Assembly: GCA_965203175.1 (NCBI GenBank)
Contig: OZ241867.1
Coordinates: forward strand, 3,488,001-3,552,000
Source of the DNA: Candidatus Latescibacterota bacterium
Lineage (GTDB): Bacteria > Latescibacterota > UBA2968 > UBA8231
Direction: 5' to 3'
DNA length: 64,000 nt
Position numbers and translations under genes: made by a program. Below, one piece after another: positions 9,854 through 18,201 of this stretch. Within the stretch, counting starts at the first letter, position 1; every line of letters starts with the position of its first letter. The notes under the pieces were generated by a model that saw only the letters and a program-made list of their open reading frames with translations, made no database searches and was not told where the DNA came from.

Positions 9854-9876
9854 GAATTATTCTCCGTTAAACTCGC

Positions 9877-10074
9877 TTACTTGAGGTTCAGGGCCCGGCG
9901 CACATTGGTTAGGTCTGCGGACGAAACCGGACTGTTTTTGCGAAAAGCCCGTTTGCGCTTGGTCGAGCGGCCGCTCAAAAGGTGAGTGGCATAGGCGTTG
10001 CGCCGCTTCAGGCTGCCCGACCTGCGCTGCTTAATGCGCTTGGACGAGGATTTATGCGTCTTGATTTTGGGCAT
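9877..10074 (-). CDS. rpmI: 50S ribosomal protein L35
   Basis: MPKIKTHKSSSKR; 65 aa basic protein upstream of rplT. Confidence 0.95.
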   Translation of the reverse strand: MPKIKTHKSSSKRIKQRRSGSLKRRNAYATHLLSGRSTKRKRAFRKNSPVSSADLTNVRRALNLK

Positions 10075-10111
10075 GATGATACCTTTGTCTTGATTTTGGC
10101 TAGAAAAGCAA

Positions 10112-10140
10112 AAAATAGACTATGAAATAGGGGCTGTCAA
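10112..10140 (-). promoter_or_regulatory. Sigma70-type promoter of rpmI operon
   Basis: Minus strand TTGACA-N17-TATTTT. Confidence 0.7.
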
Positions 10141-10236
10141 GGAAGGGCAGCCTACCCTTCAAAGGGTGAATTTTTGTCGGAAAAGTTTGCGATCTCGCTC
10201 GGAACTGAGCGCGATCAGTCGCTGAATTGTAGGCGA

Positions 10237-10500
10237 CTAGGCGGCTGCGTGCGATCTACATGCTTCGATTCGCTCCCGCACTTGGGGACGGATAAAGACC
10301 GCGTCGAGAGGCAGCCGCGAAAGGGCGCGGCATAACAAATGCACTCGGGCCTCGGTATCGAGCTCGTGATTGACGATCAAGTAGGACCTACCACCGTAGC
10401 GGCAAAGCCCACCTTGGCCCTCGAAATCGTCGTAGCGCACCTCGATATCGAGCCCTTCGGCGAGGGTTTCTAACTCCTGCAGGAGGATTGAGTCATCCAT
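10237..10500 (-). CDS. Small conserved hypothetical protein (IrrE/ImmA N-terminal-like, no HExxH)
   Basis: MDDSILLQELETLAEGLDIEVRYDDFEGQGGLCRYGGRSYLIVNHEL; start assigned to ATG 10500. Confidence 0.7.
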   Translation of the reverse strand: MDDSILLQELETLAEGLDIEVRYDDFEGQGGLCRYGGRSYLIVNHELDTEARVHLLCRALSRLPLDAVFIRPQVRERIEACRSHAAA

Positions 10501-10618
10501 AAGAAAATAATAGGACCACAGGCCGCAGCTAAGCAAGGAGATTGTTGGGAGCCGAATGGCGGATTGTTATTATATGGTGCCATCTCAGAGCGCGTCTGTG
10601 GTAAAGGAGAAACCGATT

Positions 10619-11473
10619 GTGACTGCCGCAAAACCTCAAGTATTGGTGACAAACGACGATGGTGCCGATTCCCCCCTTTTGGTGCCTTTGCTGCGGGAAC
10701 TGTCCGAGTTGGCCGAGCTATGCGTAGTCGTGCCGGCTGCGGAATGCAGTTGGACCAGTAAGAGTATGAGCCGCTTTGAGCCGTTGGTACTGGCCGAGAT
10801 CGAATGCGGCGGCTTCCCGGTCCAGACGCTGACCGGCAAGCCCGCCGATTGCGCCCATATCGGCATCCACAATCTCTGTCCTGCAAAGCCGACTCTAGTC
10901 ATTTCCGGTATCAATATGGGCGCCAACTCCGGTCTCGCTTTCACGCTGAGTTCTGGCACGATAGGGGCGGCTGTAGAGGGCTTTCTTTCCGGGGTGCCGT
11001 CCGCGGCTTTTTCGCTGGAGCTGCCCGAACCGGCTTTTGTCCTCTGGCGGCGGTCGCGGCGGCTCGATCCCGCGCTCGATGCGTTGGTTGCGGCAGCGGC
11101 GGTTATCGCTGCGGAAATCGCAGCCGAGATCTTGCGTGGAGGATTGCCGGCTGGTGCCGACATGGTCGCGGTGAACATGCCCGCCAGTACTAAGCGCGAA
11201 TCCCCGAGGTGCCTGACGGGCTTGGCGAGGACGAGCTATGGTCCGCTATTCGTCCGGCGTGCGGTCGAGCCGCATTTTGCGTACCACAGTTGTCAGTTGC
11301 AGTTGGTCGGCGATGGAGCTGACAGCGATGTGGAAGCCCTGGCGCGCGGCGCGATCGCGATTACGCCGCTCCGCTATTCACTTGGTGCCCCAATAAGCTC
11401 GATTGATCGACAGCGTTTTGAGTGCGGCATTTTCACACCCGAAGGCGCGGTGAAACGAGATGGTCGTGGTTAG
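10619..11473 (+). CDS. surE: SurE family 5'/3'-nucleotidase
   Basis: VLVTNDDG, GKPADC, VISGINMGAN, SGTIGAA, IAITPL; AAGGAG before GTG 10619. Confidence 0.9.
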   Translation: MTAAKPQVLVTNDDGADSPLLVPLLRELSELAELCVVVPAAECSWTSKSMSRFEPLVLAEIECGGFPVQTLTGKPADCAHIGIHNLCPAKPTLVISGINMGANSGLAFTLSSGTIGAAVEGFLSGVPSAAFSLELPEPAFVLWRRSRRLDPALDALVAAAAVIAAEIAAEILRGGLPAGADMVAVNMPASTKRESPRCLTGLARTSYGPLFVRRAVEPHFAYHSCQLQLVGDGADSDVEALARGAIAITPLRYSLGAPISSIDRQRFECGIFTPEGAVKRDGRG

Positions 11474-12773
11474 GTGGCTTCTCAAAAACGGTAGCTGTAC
11501 AGTCGTCCTATTGCTCGCGGGGAAAGCGTGGGGCGAGGGCGAGGTGCGCGTCGATTCCACCCACAGCCAGCCCACGTCCCCGTTGCTGGCCAAGGTTTCG
11601 CAGTCGGCGACCGAGCAGACTGTGGAAGCCGTGCGCTGGATGGCCAAACGACGCCAGTTTACCCTGCGGGGCATTCCCTACGGTGTTACTGGCCTTCCGT
11701 TCGCTTATCTCAGCCCCAACACGGGCTGGAATTGGGGAGTGCGCGTACATTGGGCCGACTATCGGTACCAGCCCTACCTCTACAAGCTGACCCTGCACGT
11801 ACAGCAGTCTTCTGAGGGCAAATTAAAAAACCGCGTGCGACTAAGGGTGCCCCGGATTTCGGGGACGGGTTTCGGCCTGAGACTGGAGTTGATCCGAGAG
11901 CGCAATCTGCGCACGCGCTACTATGGGCTGGGCAACGACAGTGCATTCAATCGAGATTTCATTAAGCCTAATAGCGCTGATTTCAAAGACGAGAACTACT
12001 ACTACTACATTCTAGAGAGGAACCCACGGATCTTGGTGAGCCTTTTTCGCCAGTTATACGGTCCGGTATCCATGTCGCTCGGCTTTGGGCTGGAGCGCGT
12101 CGATGTGGACCAGCGAGGGACACAGGCTTTTTATTTAGAGCGCGGTACTCCAGATGGAGTTATAGATGGGTTTTCGGGGTTTATCAGTGCGACTCTTCAG
12201 TGGGATACCCGCGACGACGAAGTGGTGCCGCGGCGCGGCTTCTTTCAGGAGTGGTCATACGAATCAGCGCGCAATTCACTGCTGGCGCTGGTCTTCGAGC
12301 CTATTGATTTTAGCCGCGTGACCCTGACCAACGCCTACTACATACCGCTGTCGCCTCGGGTGAATTTCTCCCATCGCCTCGTGCTGGAGGTTCTCAGTGG
12401 CGAAGTACCCCTCTACGCCTATGGTGAGATTGGGGGCAGTCGCCGGGTTAAGGGATTAGGCGGCAGCGATTCGCTGCGGGGTTTCGACACCCAGCGGTTT
12501 ACAGATGACGTGCGCTTTTTGTCCAATATCGAATTGCGCTACCAACTGTACGATATCTGGTTTTACGGGCAGTACATAGAGTGGCAGGGGGTGGTTTTTT
12601 TCGATTCGGGCCGAGTCTGGCCCGACTTGGATCAGATCGGGTGGTCGGATATGCACATCAGCGGCGGAGCGGGGGTGCGAATGGTCTGGGACGCCGATCT
12701 CGTGATCCGCATGGGTACCGGCGTCGCCGACGAGCAAATAGATGTCTGGCTGAGCCTAGGACACAACTTCTAG
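11460..12773 (+). CDS. Omp85 (BamA/TamA-like) outer-membrane beta-barrel without POTRA domains
   Basis: Signal peptide, WDTRD, LGGSDSLRGF (VRGF-like), ELRY, FFDSGRVW, terminal GHNF. Confidence 0.8.
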   Translation: MVVVRWLLKNGSCTVVLLLAGKAWGEGEVRVDSTHSQPTSPLLAKVSQSATEQTVEAVRWMAKRRQFTLRGIPYGVTGLPFAYLSPNTGWNWGVRVHWADYRYQPYLYKLTLHVQQSSEGKLKNRVRLRVPRISGTGFGLRLELIRERNLRTRYYGLGNDSAFNRDFIKPNSADFKDENYYYYILERNPRILVSLFRQLYGPVSMSLGFGLERVDVDQRGTQAFYLERGTPDGVIDGFSGFISATLQWDTRDDEVVPRRGFFQEWSYESARNSLLALVFEPIDFSRVTLTNAYYIPLSPRVNFSHRLVLEVLSGEVPLYAYGEIGGSRRVKGLGGSDSLRGFDTQRFTDDVRFLSNIELRYQLYDIWFYGQYIEWQGVVFFDSGRVWPDLDQIGWSDMHISGGAGVRMVWDADLVIRMGTGVADEQIDVWLSLGHNF

Positions 12774-13624
12774 GCGTGGCTGGCAGTCTTCGGGGATAAA
12801 AGTGCGATCAAGCGCGCCAGTTCCGCTGCCATGCGGTCGCGTGGGACGATGCGGTCGATAAAGCCGTGTTCAAGGACGGTCTCGGCTAGTTGGAAGCCTT
12901 CGGGCAGGGGAGCGTCCGTGCCGAGGAACTGCTGGATGACGGTTTGGCCGGCAAAGCCGATACGAGCCCCAGGTTCGGCCAAGGCGATATCGCCGAGCAT
13001 GGCGAAGCTGGCGGTGACTCCCCCGTAGGTCGGATCGGTGATAATGGCGATATAGAGCAAGCCGTTTTGCGAGAGTTGATTGAGCTTGGCACTAATTCGG
13101 GCCATCTGCATCAGGGAATAGGCGCTCTCCTGCATCCTAGCACCACCCGACTGGCAGACGATAACTAGCGTGCATCGTTCGGCCATGGCTCGGTCGATGA
13201 GGCGGCAGAGCTTCTCGCCGGTCGCTCCACCCAACGTGCCCGTTAGATAACGCGAGTCCATGATCGCCAAGGCGACGGGGTGGCTGCCGATTTGGCCGAT
13301 GCCGGTGTACACCGATTCTTTTAGGCCGCTCTGGCGGCGACTGGTCTTGATTTTGTCCTTATAGCCTTTGAACTTAAGCGGATCGACAGGTGCTACGTTG
13401 GCGTTGATTTCGGTGAATGTACCGTCGTCGATGAGGAGGTCAATGTACTGCTGATGGCCGATGGGATAGTGGCAAGCGCACTCCGGGCAGATCCAATGCC
13501 GGCGTCGCAACGCCATCTCGTAGTTGGAGTGGCCACACTTTTTGCACTTGATCCAGATGCCTTGGGGAATTTCGCGCTTTATTAGGGACTTAATTCCCGT
13601 TTTCATTCTTTCAAACCAGTTCAC
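12770..13624 (-). CDS. accD: Acetyl-CoA carboxylase carboxyltransferase beta subunit
   Basis: WIKCKKC...CPEC zinc finger, DPLKF, SGGARMQE, PTYGGVTASFA, IGFAG. Confidence 0.95.
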   Translation of the reverse strand: MNWFERMKTGIKSLIKREIPQGIWIKCKKCGHSNYEMALRRRHWICPECACHYPIGHQQYIDLLIDDGTFTEINANVAPVDPLKFKGYKDKIKTSRRQSGLKESVYTGIGQIGSHPVALAIMDSRYLTGTLGGATGEKLCRLIDRAMAERCTLVIVCQSGGARMQESAYSLMQMARISAKLNQLSQNGLLYIAIITDPTYGGVTASFAMLGDIALAEPGARIGFAGQTVIQQFLGTDAPLPEGFQLAETVLEHGFIDRIVPRDRMAAELARLIALLSPKTASHA

Positions 13625-13960
13625 GGCTTCTTCTCACAGATTAGCTCGGCCGCTCGATTGCGGCGAAGTGAATGTGGCGGTAGCGCATCTGTCGCTATAT
13701 TGCTGTAAAGTGGATAAAGTGCATTAAAAATAAATACTTGTCAATCTATAAACGCACGGCGAGCCGCGAGAATGTAACGCAGTCGCTGCAAAGATGTGAT
13801 GGTGGAGTTGTTATATTTAGTGCCTAGGTGGCCTTTGAAGTTGCATCCCAAACAGTAAATACATATCTTGACGGCGCTACGAAGGCTGCATTAAACAATG
13901 ACAACGAACCCGCAAATTGTCGCGGCTCGGAGACTGTAGCCATATTGAGGATTGTTCACC

Positions 13961-15109
13961 GTGAAATGTAATCTGATGCGTGCACTATGGCTAGTGATCT
14001 GCGCTTTAGTTTTGGGTGCCGACGCCAGAGCCAATGAGAATGAAGTTGCAATAGCCGATTCAATCCGCAAGTACAAATACTACGCCAAAACGGCCCGCCA
14101 AAACAAAGAGTACGACAGAGCCATAGGCTATTACACGACTGTTTTGCAATATAGTCCCCAAGAGTTGACGGCCGCCTACTTCTTGGGGCAACTCTACTAC
14201 AAAGAAAAGAAGGATTTGGACAACGCTCGCATCGCACTGCGCCGGGCGGTGAGCATCGACTCGCTGCATCTGAATTCCAATCGGCTCCTCTACACAATCT
14301 ACCAAGCTGTCGGCGAGGCCGATTCGGCTGCTTTGAGCTTGGAGCGAGCGCTACTCAAAAAGCCGAATGCTGCCGACCGTCGCAAGCTGGCCGACCTCTA
14401 TCGCCGCGAAGGCCGCAATGAGCGGGCGATCGTCCACTACGAGCAGTTAGTTGAGGCTGAGCGTGAAGACACAACTGGAGTCGAAGACGCTGAACTCATT
14501 GAAATACTTGCAGTGTTACACCAGGAGCTAGGGCAGGTGGATCAGGCTCTGGAGTGGCGTAAACTCCAAGTCGAGGGCGGGACGGGTGCCGCCGACCAAT
14601 TGGAGAGCATCGTCGAGCTGAAGCTAGAGGTCGGCGATGTCGAGGGGGCTTACGATACGCTATTGGAATTGGCGAAGGTGGATTCGCAGAACGCCTATTC
14701 CTACTACAACCAAATCGCATCAATCGCTTCTGAAGAGGGCGACGACACTTGGCGCTTCGAGGGCCTCAAGGGCATGGTAGAGGCCGACCCCAAGGATTTG
14801 AAAAGCATAGCGGAGCTAGTGGAGTGGCACCAAGGCCGCGGCGAGTTCGCCTCGGCAAAAGAGCGGCTGCGGAGGGGCCTAAAGGTAAATCCCGAGGATG
14901 CACATTTGCTGCTGCTCAAGGGCGACAATCTGGTGAGGGAAGGCGACGAGGAAGGGGCCATCGCTGCCTTTGAGAAAGCCAAAGCTGATCCAGCTTGGGA
15001 GAAGGTGGCCCAGCAGCGCATCTGGCAGCTCCGGCCGCCTGAGACCGAGGAAGAAAAGCTCAAGCGACAGTTCTTCGGCGGTGAAGAGGCGCAAGAGGAG
15101 CAAAACTAA
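13961..15109 (+). CDS. Periplasmic tetratricopeptide repeat protein
   Basis: Signal peptide then multiple TPR-like helical repeats; upstream of exbB; start uncertain (13961 or 13976). Confidence 0.8.
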   Translation: MKCNLMRALWLVICALVLGADARANENEVAIADSIRKYKYYAKTARQNKEYDRAIGYYTTVLQYSPQELTAAYFLGQLYYKEKKDLDNARIALRRAVSIDSLHLNSNRLLYTIYQAVGEADSAALSLERALLKKPNAADRRKLADLYRREGRNERAIVHYEQLVEAEREDTTGVEDAELIEILAVLHQELGQVDQALEWRKLQVEGGTGAADQLESIVELKLEVGDVEGAYDTLLELAKVDSQNAYSYYNQIASIASEEGDDTWRFEGLKGMVEADPKDLKSIAELVEWHQGRGEFASAKERLRRGLKVNPEDAHLLLLKGDNLVREGDEEGAIAAFEKAKADPAWEKVAQQRIWQLRPPETEEEKLKRQFFGGEEAQEEQN

Positions 15110-15160
15110 TCATTGCTCCGGTCTGTTGGACCGGGACTAACATTAATTGCGAGGAAAAAA

Positions 15161-15778
15161 ATGGTAGAGCTTTTTCAGGACGGTGGATGGGCCATGTGGC
15201 CCCTGCTCATTCTGCTCATTATCGGCGTTGCCGTAGCTATTGAGCGTCTGTTCAATCTGTCGCGGTCGTCGATTGACGCGGCGGATTTCTTTGCGAATCT
15301 CGAAGAGGCACTCGAAAGCGGTGGCCCCGATGCAGCGGCCGAGCTTTGCTCGAATACGCGCGGTCCGGTTGCCTCGGTTATCCACGCAGGGCTCCTGCGC
15401 CTGGACCGCGGCATTGACCACGTCGAGAAAGCCATTGACAATTCCGGCGCAGTGGAGATGGCCTTTCTCGAGCGCGGCATGGTCTGGCTCTCGACCGTGG
15501 CCAATTTGGCACCGATGATAGGTTTCTTAGGCACGGTCAGCGGTATGATCAACGCCTTTCAGGCGATTAAGGAAGCCGGCGACGTCGAACCTTCCATGGT
15601 CGCGGGTGGTATTTCCGAGGCTCTAATCACCACGGCCTCGGGTTTGATCGTGGGCATCCTGATCCAGTTTTGCTATAATTTCTGCGCCAATCGCATCGAT
15701 AAGATCATCGCCGATATGACCGAGCAGACGGCCAACTTTATCGACTTGTTGGGCGCGCGCGAGCACCAAGGAGCCTAG
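15161..15778 (+). CDS. exbB: MotA/TolQ/ExbB proton channel
   Basis: GGWAMWPL, APMIGFLGTVSGMI, GISEALITTASGL. Confidence 0.9.
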   Translation: MVELFQDGGWAMWPLLILLIIGVAVAIERLFNLSRSSIDAADFFANLEEALESGGPDAAAELCSNTRGPVASVIHAGLLRLDRGIDHVEKAIDNSGAVEMAFLERGMVWLSTVANLAPMIGFLGTVSGMINAFQAIKEAGDVEPSMVAGGISEALITTASGLIVGILIQFCYNFCANRIDKIIADMTEQTANFIDLLGAREHQGA

Positions 15779-15780
15779 AC

Positions 15781-16194
15781 GTGATCGGGAGGCGTCAGAG
15801 CCGGGTTGCCCCGGAAATCCCCACGGCTTCGATGGCGGATATCGCCTTTTTGTTGATCGTGTTCTTTCTCGTCACGACCACCATGAATCAAGACAAGGGC
15901 CTCTCTTTGCACTTGCCGCCGGTGGGAGAGACCAAGGAAGTACGAGAAAAGAATATTCTCAACGTGTGGATCAACGCCCGGGATCAGCTCGCTTTTTTTG
16001 AGAATGACCAGCTAACGCCAGTGCCGTTTGCTGAACTCAAGAGGCGCATTGAGGGGCGTCTGCAGGAAAACGAGAATCTGATCGTCTCGCTCAAGACCGA
16101 GCGCGGGGCCACCTATCGGACCTTCGTCGATGTGCTAGACGAGCTCAAACTGGCCGGGGCCACCAAAATCTCGATTGCCAACCCGGAAGAATAG
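15781..16194 (+). CDS. exbD: ExbD/TolR biopolymer transport protein (1)
   Basis: IPTASMADIAFLLIVFFLVTTT with conserved TM Asp. Confidence 0.88.
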   Translation: MIGRRQSRVAPEIPTASMADIAFLLIVFFLVTTTMNQDKGLSLHLPPVGETKEVREKNILNVWINARDQLAFFENDQLTPVPFAELKRRIEGRLQENENLIVSLKTERGATYRTFVDVLDELKLAGATKISIANPEE

Positions 16195-16197
16195 CCG

Positions 16198-16611
16198 ATG
16201 AAATTCGCACGCAAAGCTAAAGTAGTTAGCGTTATTCCTACGGCTTCCATGGCCGATATATCCTTCCTGCTCCTCGTATTTTTCATGGTCTCGACGGTTT
16301 TCGTGCGCTATAGGGGCGTGCCAGTGGAGTTGCCACAGGCCGAAAAAATTGAGAAGCTCGAAAGCCGCCGCAACGTATTGCAGATTTGGGTCAGTAGCGA
16401 AGGAGTCGTCAATATCGAGGACCGGAACATACCGCTTTCCGAAGTGGGCAAGCTGGTGCATAAGCACCTGACGGCCAATCCTCGGTTGATCATTTCGTTG
16501 CGAGGCGATAAGGACTCTGAGTTCGGGGTAATTTCCGATGTCATGGAGGAGTTGCGCAAGGTCGAGGCTCTGCGGGTCAACTTCTCCACCAAACGGGAGT
16601 TGGACGAATGA
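16198..16611 (+). CDS. exbD: ExbD/TolR biopolymer transport protein (2)
   Basis: IPTASMADISFLLLVFFMVSTVF, VELP, LRGDK. Confidence 0.88.
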   Translation: MKFARKAKVVSVIPTASMADISFLLLVFFMVSTVFVRYRGVPVELPQAEKIEKLESRRNVLQIWVSSEGVVNIEDRNIPLSEVGKLVHKHLTANPRLIISLRGDKDSEFGVISDVMEELRKVEALRVNFSTKRELDE

Positions 16612-17267
16612 TTCGCGGCAAACAGCCTGAAGCCAACCTGCGGTTGACGTACCGGAAGACGCTGTGGGCTTGCACGGGTCTTTCTACCCTCGTGCACGCG
16701 GCCCTCTTTGTCGTCTTTCCCAATTTCGAGCCCGAAGCCTACGCCAAACCCGAACAGCCGATTATCATTCAACTCGAAGAAATCCCCGAGACCAAGCAGG
16801 AACGCCGACCTCCACCGCCAGCCCGACCAGTAGTGCCCGTACCTACCGACAACCCGGATGTCCCGGAAGACGTGACCATTGAGGACACCGAACTAGACCT
16901 CGATCTCGACGATCTGGCACCGCCGCCGCCATTAGAGGAGGAGGTGGTGGTTGAGGAAGTCGAGTTGGAGGAGGAAGAAGAAATCGTCGAGTTATGGCGG
17001 GTCGAGAAGAAGCCTGTGCTCACCAAGAGAGTAGAGCCGAAGTATCCGCCTACTGCTCAGAAGGCCAACATCACTGGCAAGGTGTTTGTCACCGCGCTCG
17101 TCGGCAAAGACGGCAAGGTCGAGCAGATTGGCAAGATCACGGGTCCCAAGGTGTTCCACGAGGTCGCCAAAGCCGCTGCTCTCCAGTCGGTGTTTTCGCC
17201 GGCGATGCAAAACGATAGGCCCGTCAAGGTCTGGGTCAGTTTACCCTTCACCTTCAGACTCAACTGA
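16608..17267 (+). CDS. tonB: Energy transducer TonB
   Basis: TM with SxxxH, Pro/Glu-rich linker, PKYP...GKV...FSPAMQNDRPV C-terminal domain. Confidence 0.9.
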   Translation: MIRGKQPEANLRLTYRKTLWACTGLSTLVHAALFVVFPNFEPEAYAKPEQPIIIQLEEIPETKQERRPPPPARPVVPVPTDNPDVPEDVTIEDTELDLDLDDLAPPPPLEEEVVVEEVELEEEEEIVELWRVEKKPVLTKRVEPKYPPTAQKANITGKVFVTALVGKDGKVEQIGKITGPKVFHEVAKAAALQSVFSPAMQNDRPVKVWVSLPFTFRLN

Positions 17268-17390
17268 CGGTTGCCATATCCTCCTATTTTTCTTATATTT
17301 AGTATCACTTCCCTATCTTTTCCCTTCTTTTTCTTCCCCGCATAAATGCTGTCCACTGTACTCTGAACAGGCTAGTGGGAGGATTAGTCT

Positions 17391-17843
17391 ATGCGGTGTC
17401 CTTACTGCACTTGTGAAGAAGATCGGGTGGTGGATTCGCGGTCGTGCCGCGAAGGTATGGCGATCCGTCGTCGCCGCGAATGCACAAGCTGTACCAAGCG
17501 CTTCACTACCTATGAGTACATTGAAAATGTGCCCCTATCCGTTATTAAGGTCGACGGTCGGCGCGAGCCTTTTGATCGCAGTAAACTGCTCGATAAGATA
17601 CAGGTAGCCTGTTACAAGACGACCGTTTCGGCCGAGGAGATCGAGCAACTCGTCGATCAGGTCGAGGCTGAAGTGGGCAGTCTCAACGTGAAGGAAATTC
17701 CCTCCAAGCAGCTCGGCGAGCGCGTTATAGAGCATCTGCGCCAGCTCAACGACGTGGCGTATGTGCGCTTTGCCTCGGTCTATCGCCAGTTCAAGGACAA
17801 GAGCGATTTCATGCGCGAATTGGAGCAATTGGCCAATAATTAA
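17391..17843 (+). CDS. nrdR: Transcriptional repressor NrdR
   Basis: MRCPYC...VVDSR...RRRRECTSC..RFTTYE, ATP cone, VAYVRFASVY. Confidence 0.97.
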   Translation: MRCPYCTCEEDRVVDSRSCREGMAIRRRRECTSCTKRFTTYEYIENVPLSVIKVDGRREPFDRSKLLDKIQVACYKTTVSAEEIEQLVDQVEAEVGSLNVKEIPSKQLGERVIEHLRQLNDVAYVRFASVYRQFKDKSDFMRELEQLANN

Positions 17844-17995
17844 TTAAGGTCGATTTTGAGTTCGGTGATCAACTGGGCATCAAAGCGCGCTCAATTTGAA
17901 CCCGAATTGAACCCAAAAAAACTAGCTTATCGCGCTTTCGCTCCTCTGTTTATCCCGAACTTACGTTACACAAAAAAAGATTATTTTTTTTTGTA

Positions 17996-18024
17996 TTGAC
18001 AAATACGCACGTCGTTTCTACTTT
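17996..18024 (+). promoter_or_regulatory. Sigma70-type promoter of nrdJ
   Basis: TTGACA-N17-TACTTT preceded by an A/T-rich UP-like tract. Confidence 0.75.
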
Positions 18025-18034
18025 AGGCCTCGAC

Positions 18035-18050
18035 ACACTACATATAGTGT
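18035..18050 (+). promoter_or_regulatory. NrdR box
   Basis: ACACTACATATAGTGT closely matches NrdR consensus acaCwAtATaTwGtgt; just downstream of -10. Confidence 0.85.
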
Positions 18051-18201
18051 CAAATGAGTGTAATGCCCTGAGATAATGTATCTCGGGGTTACGCTTTTGC
18101 TCTCTCCCCTAATCCTAACAGCAGTTAACCTAAGTTCTTATTTTTGGCGATGTTGTTCCACGTCGCTCATGGATCTTTTTTGCTTTAATGGGAGGGCATG
18201 A

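Noticed and set aside
17263-17340. Antisense mini-ORF MATVS behind AGGAGG in a pyrimidine-rich spacer
   Set aside because: Only 2 nt between SD and ATG, five codons, no other support
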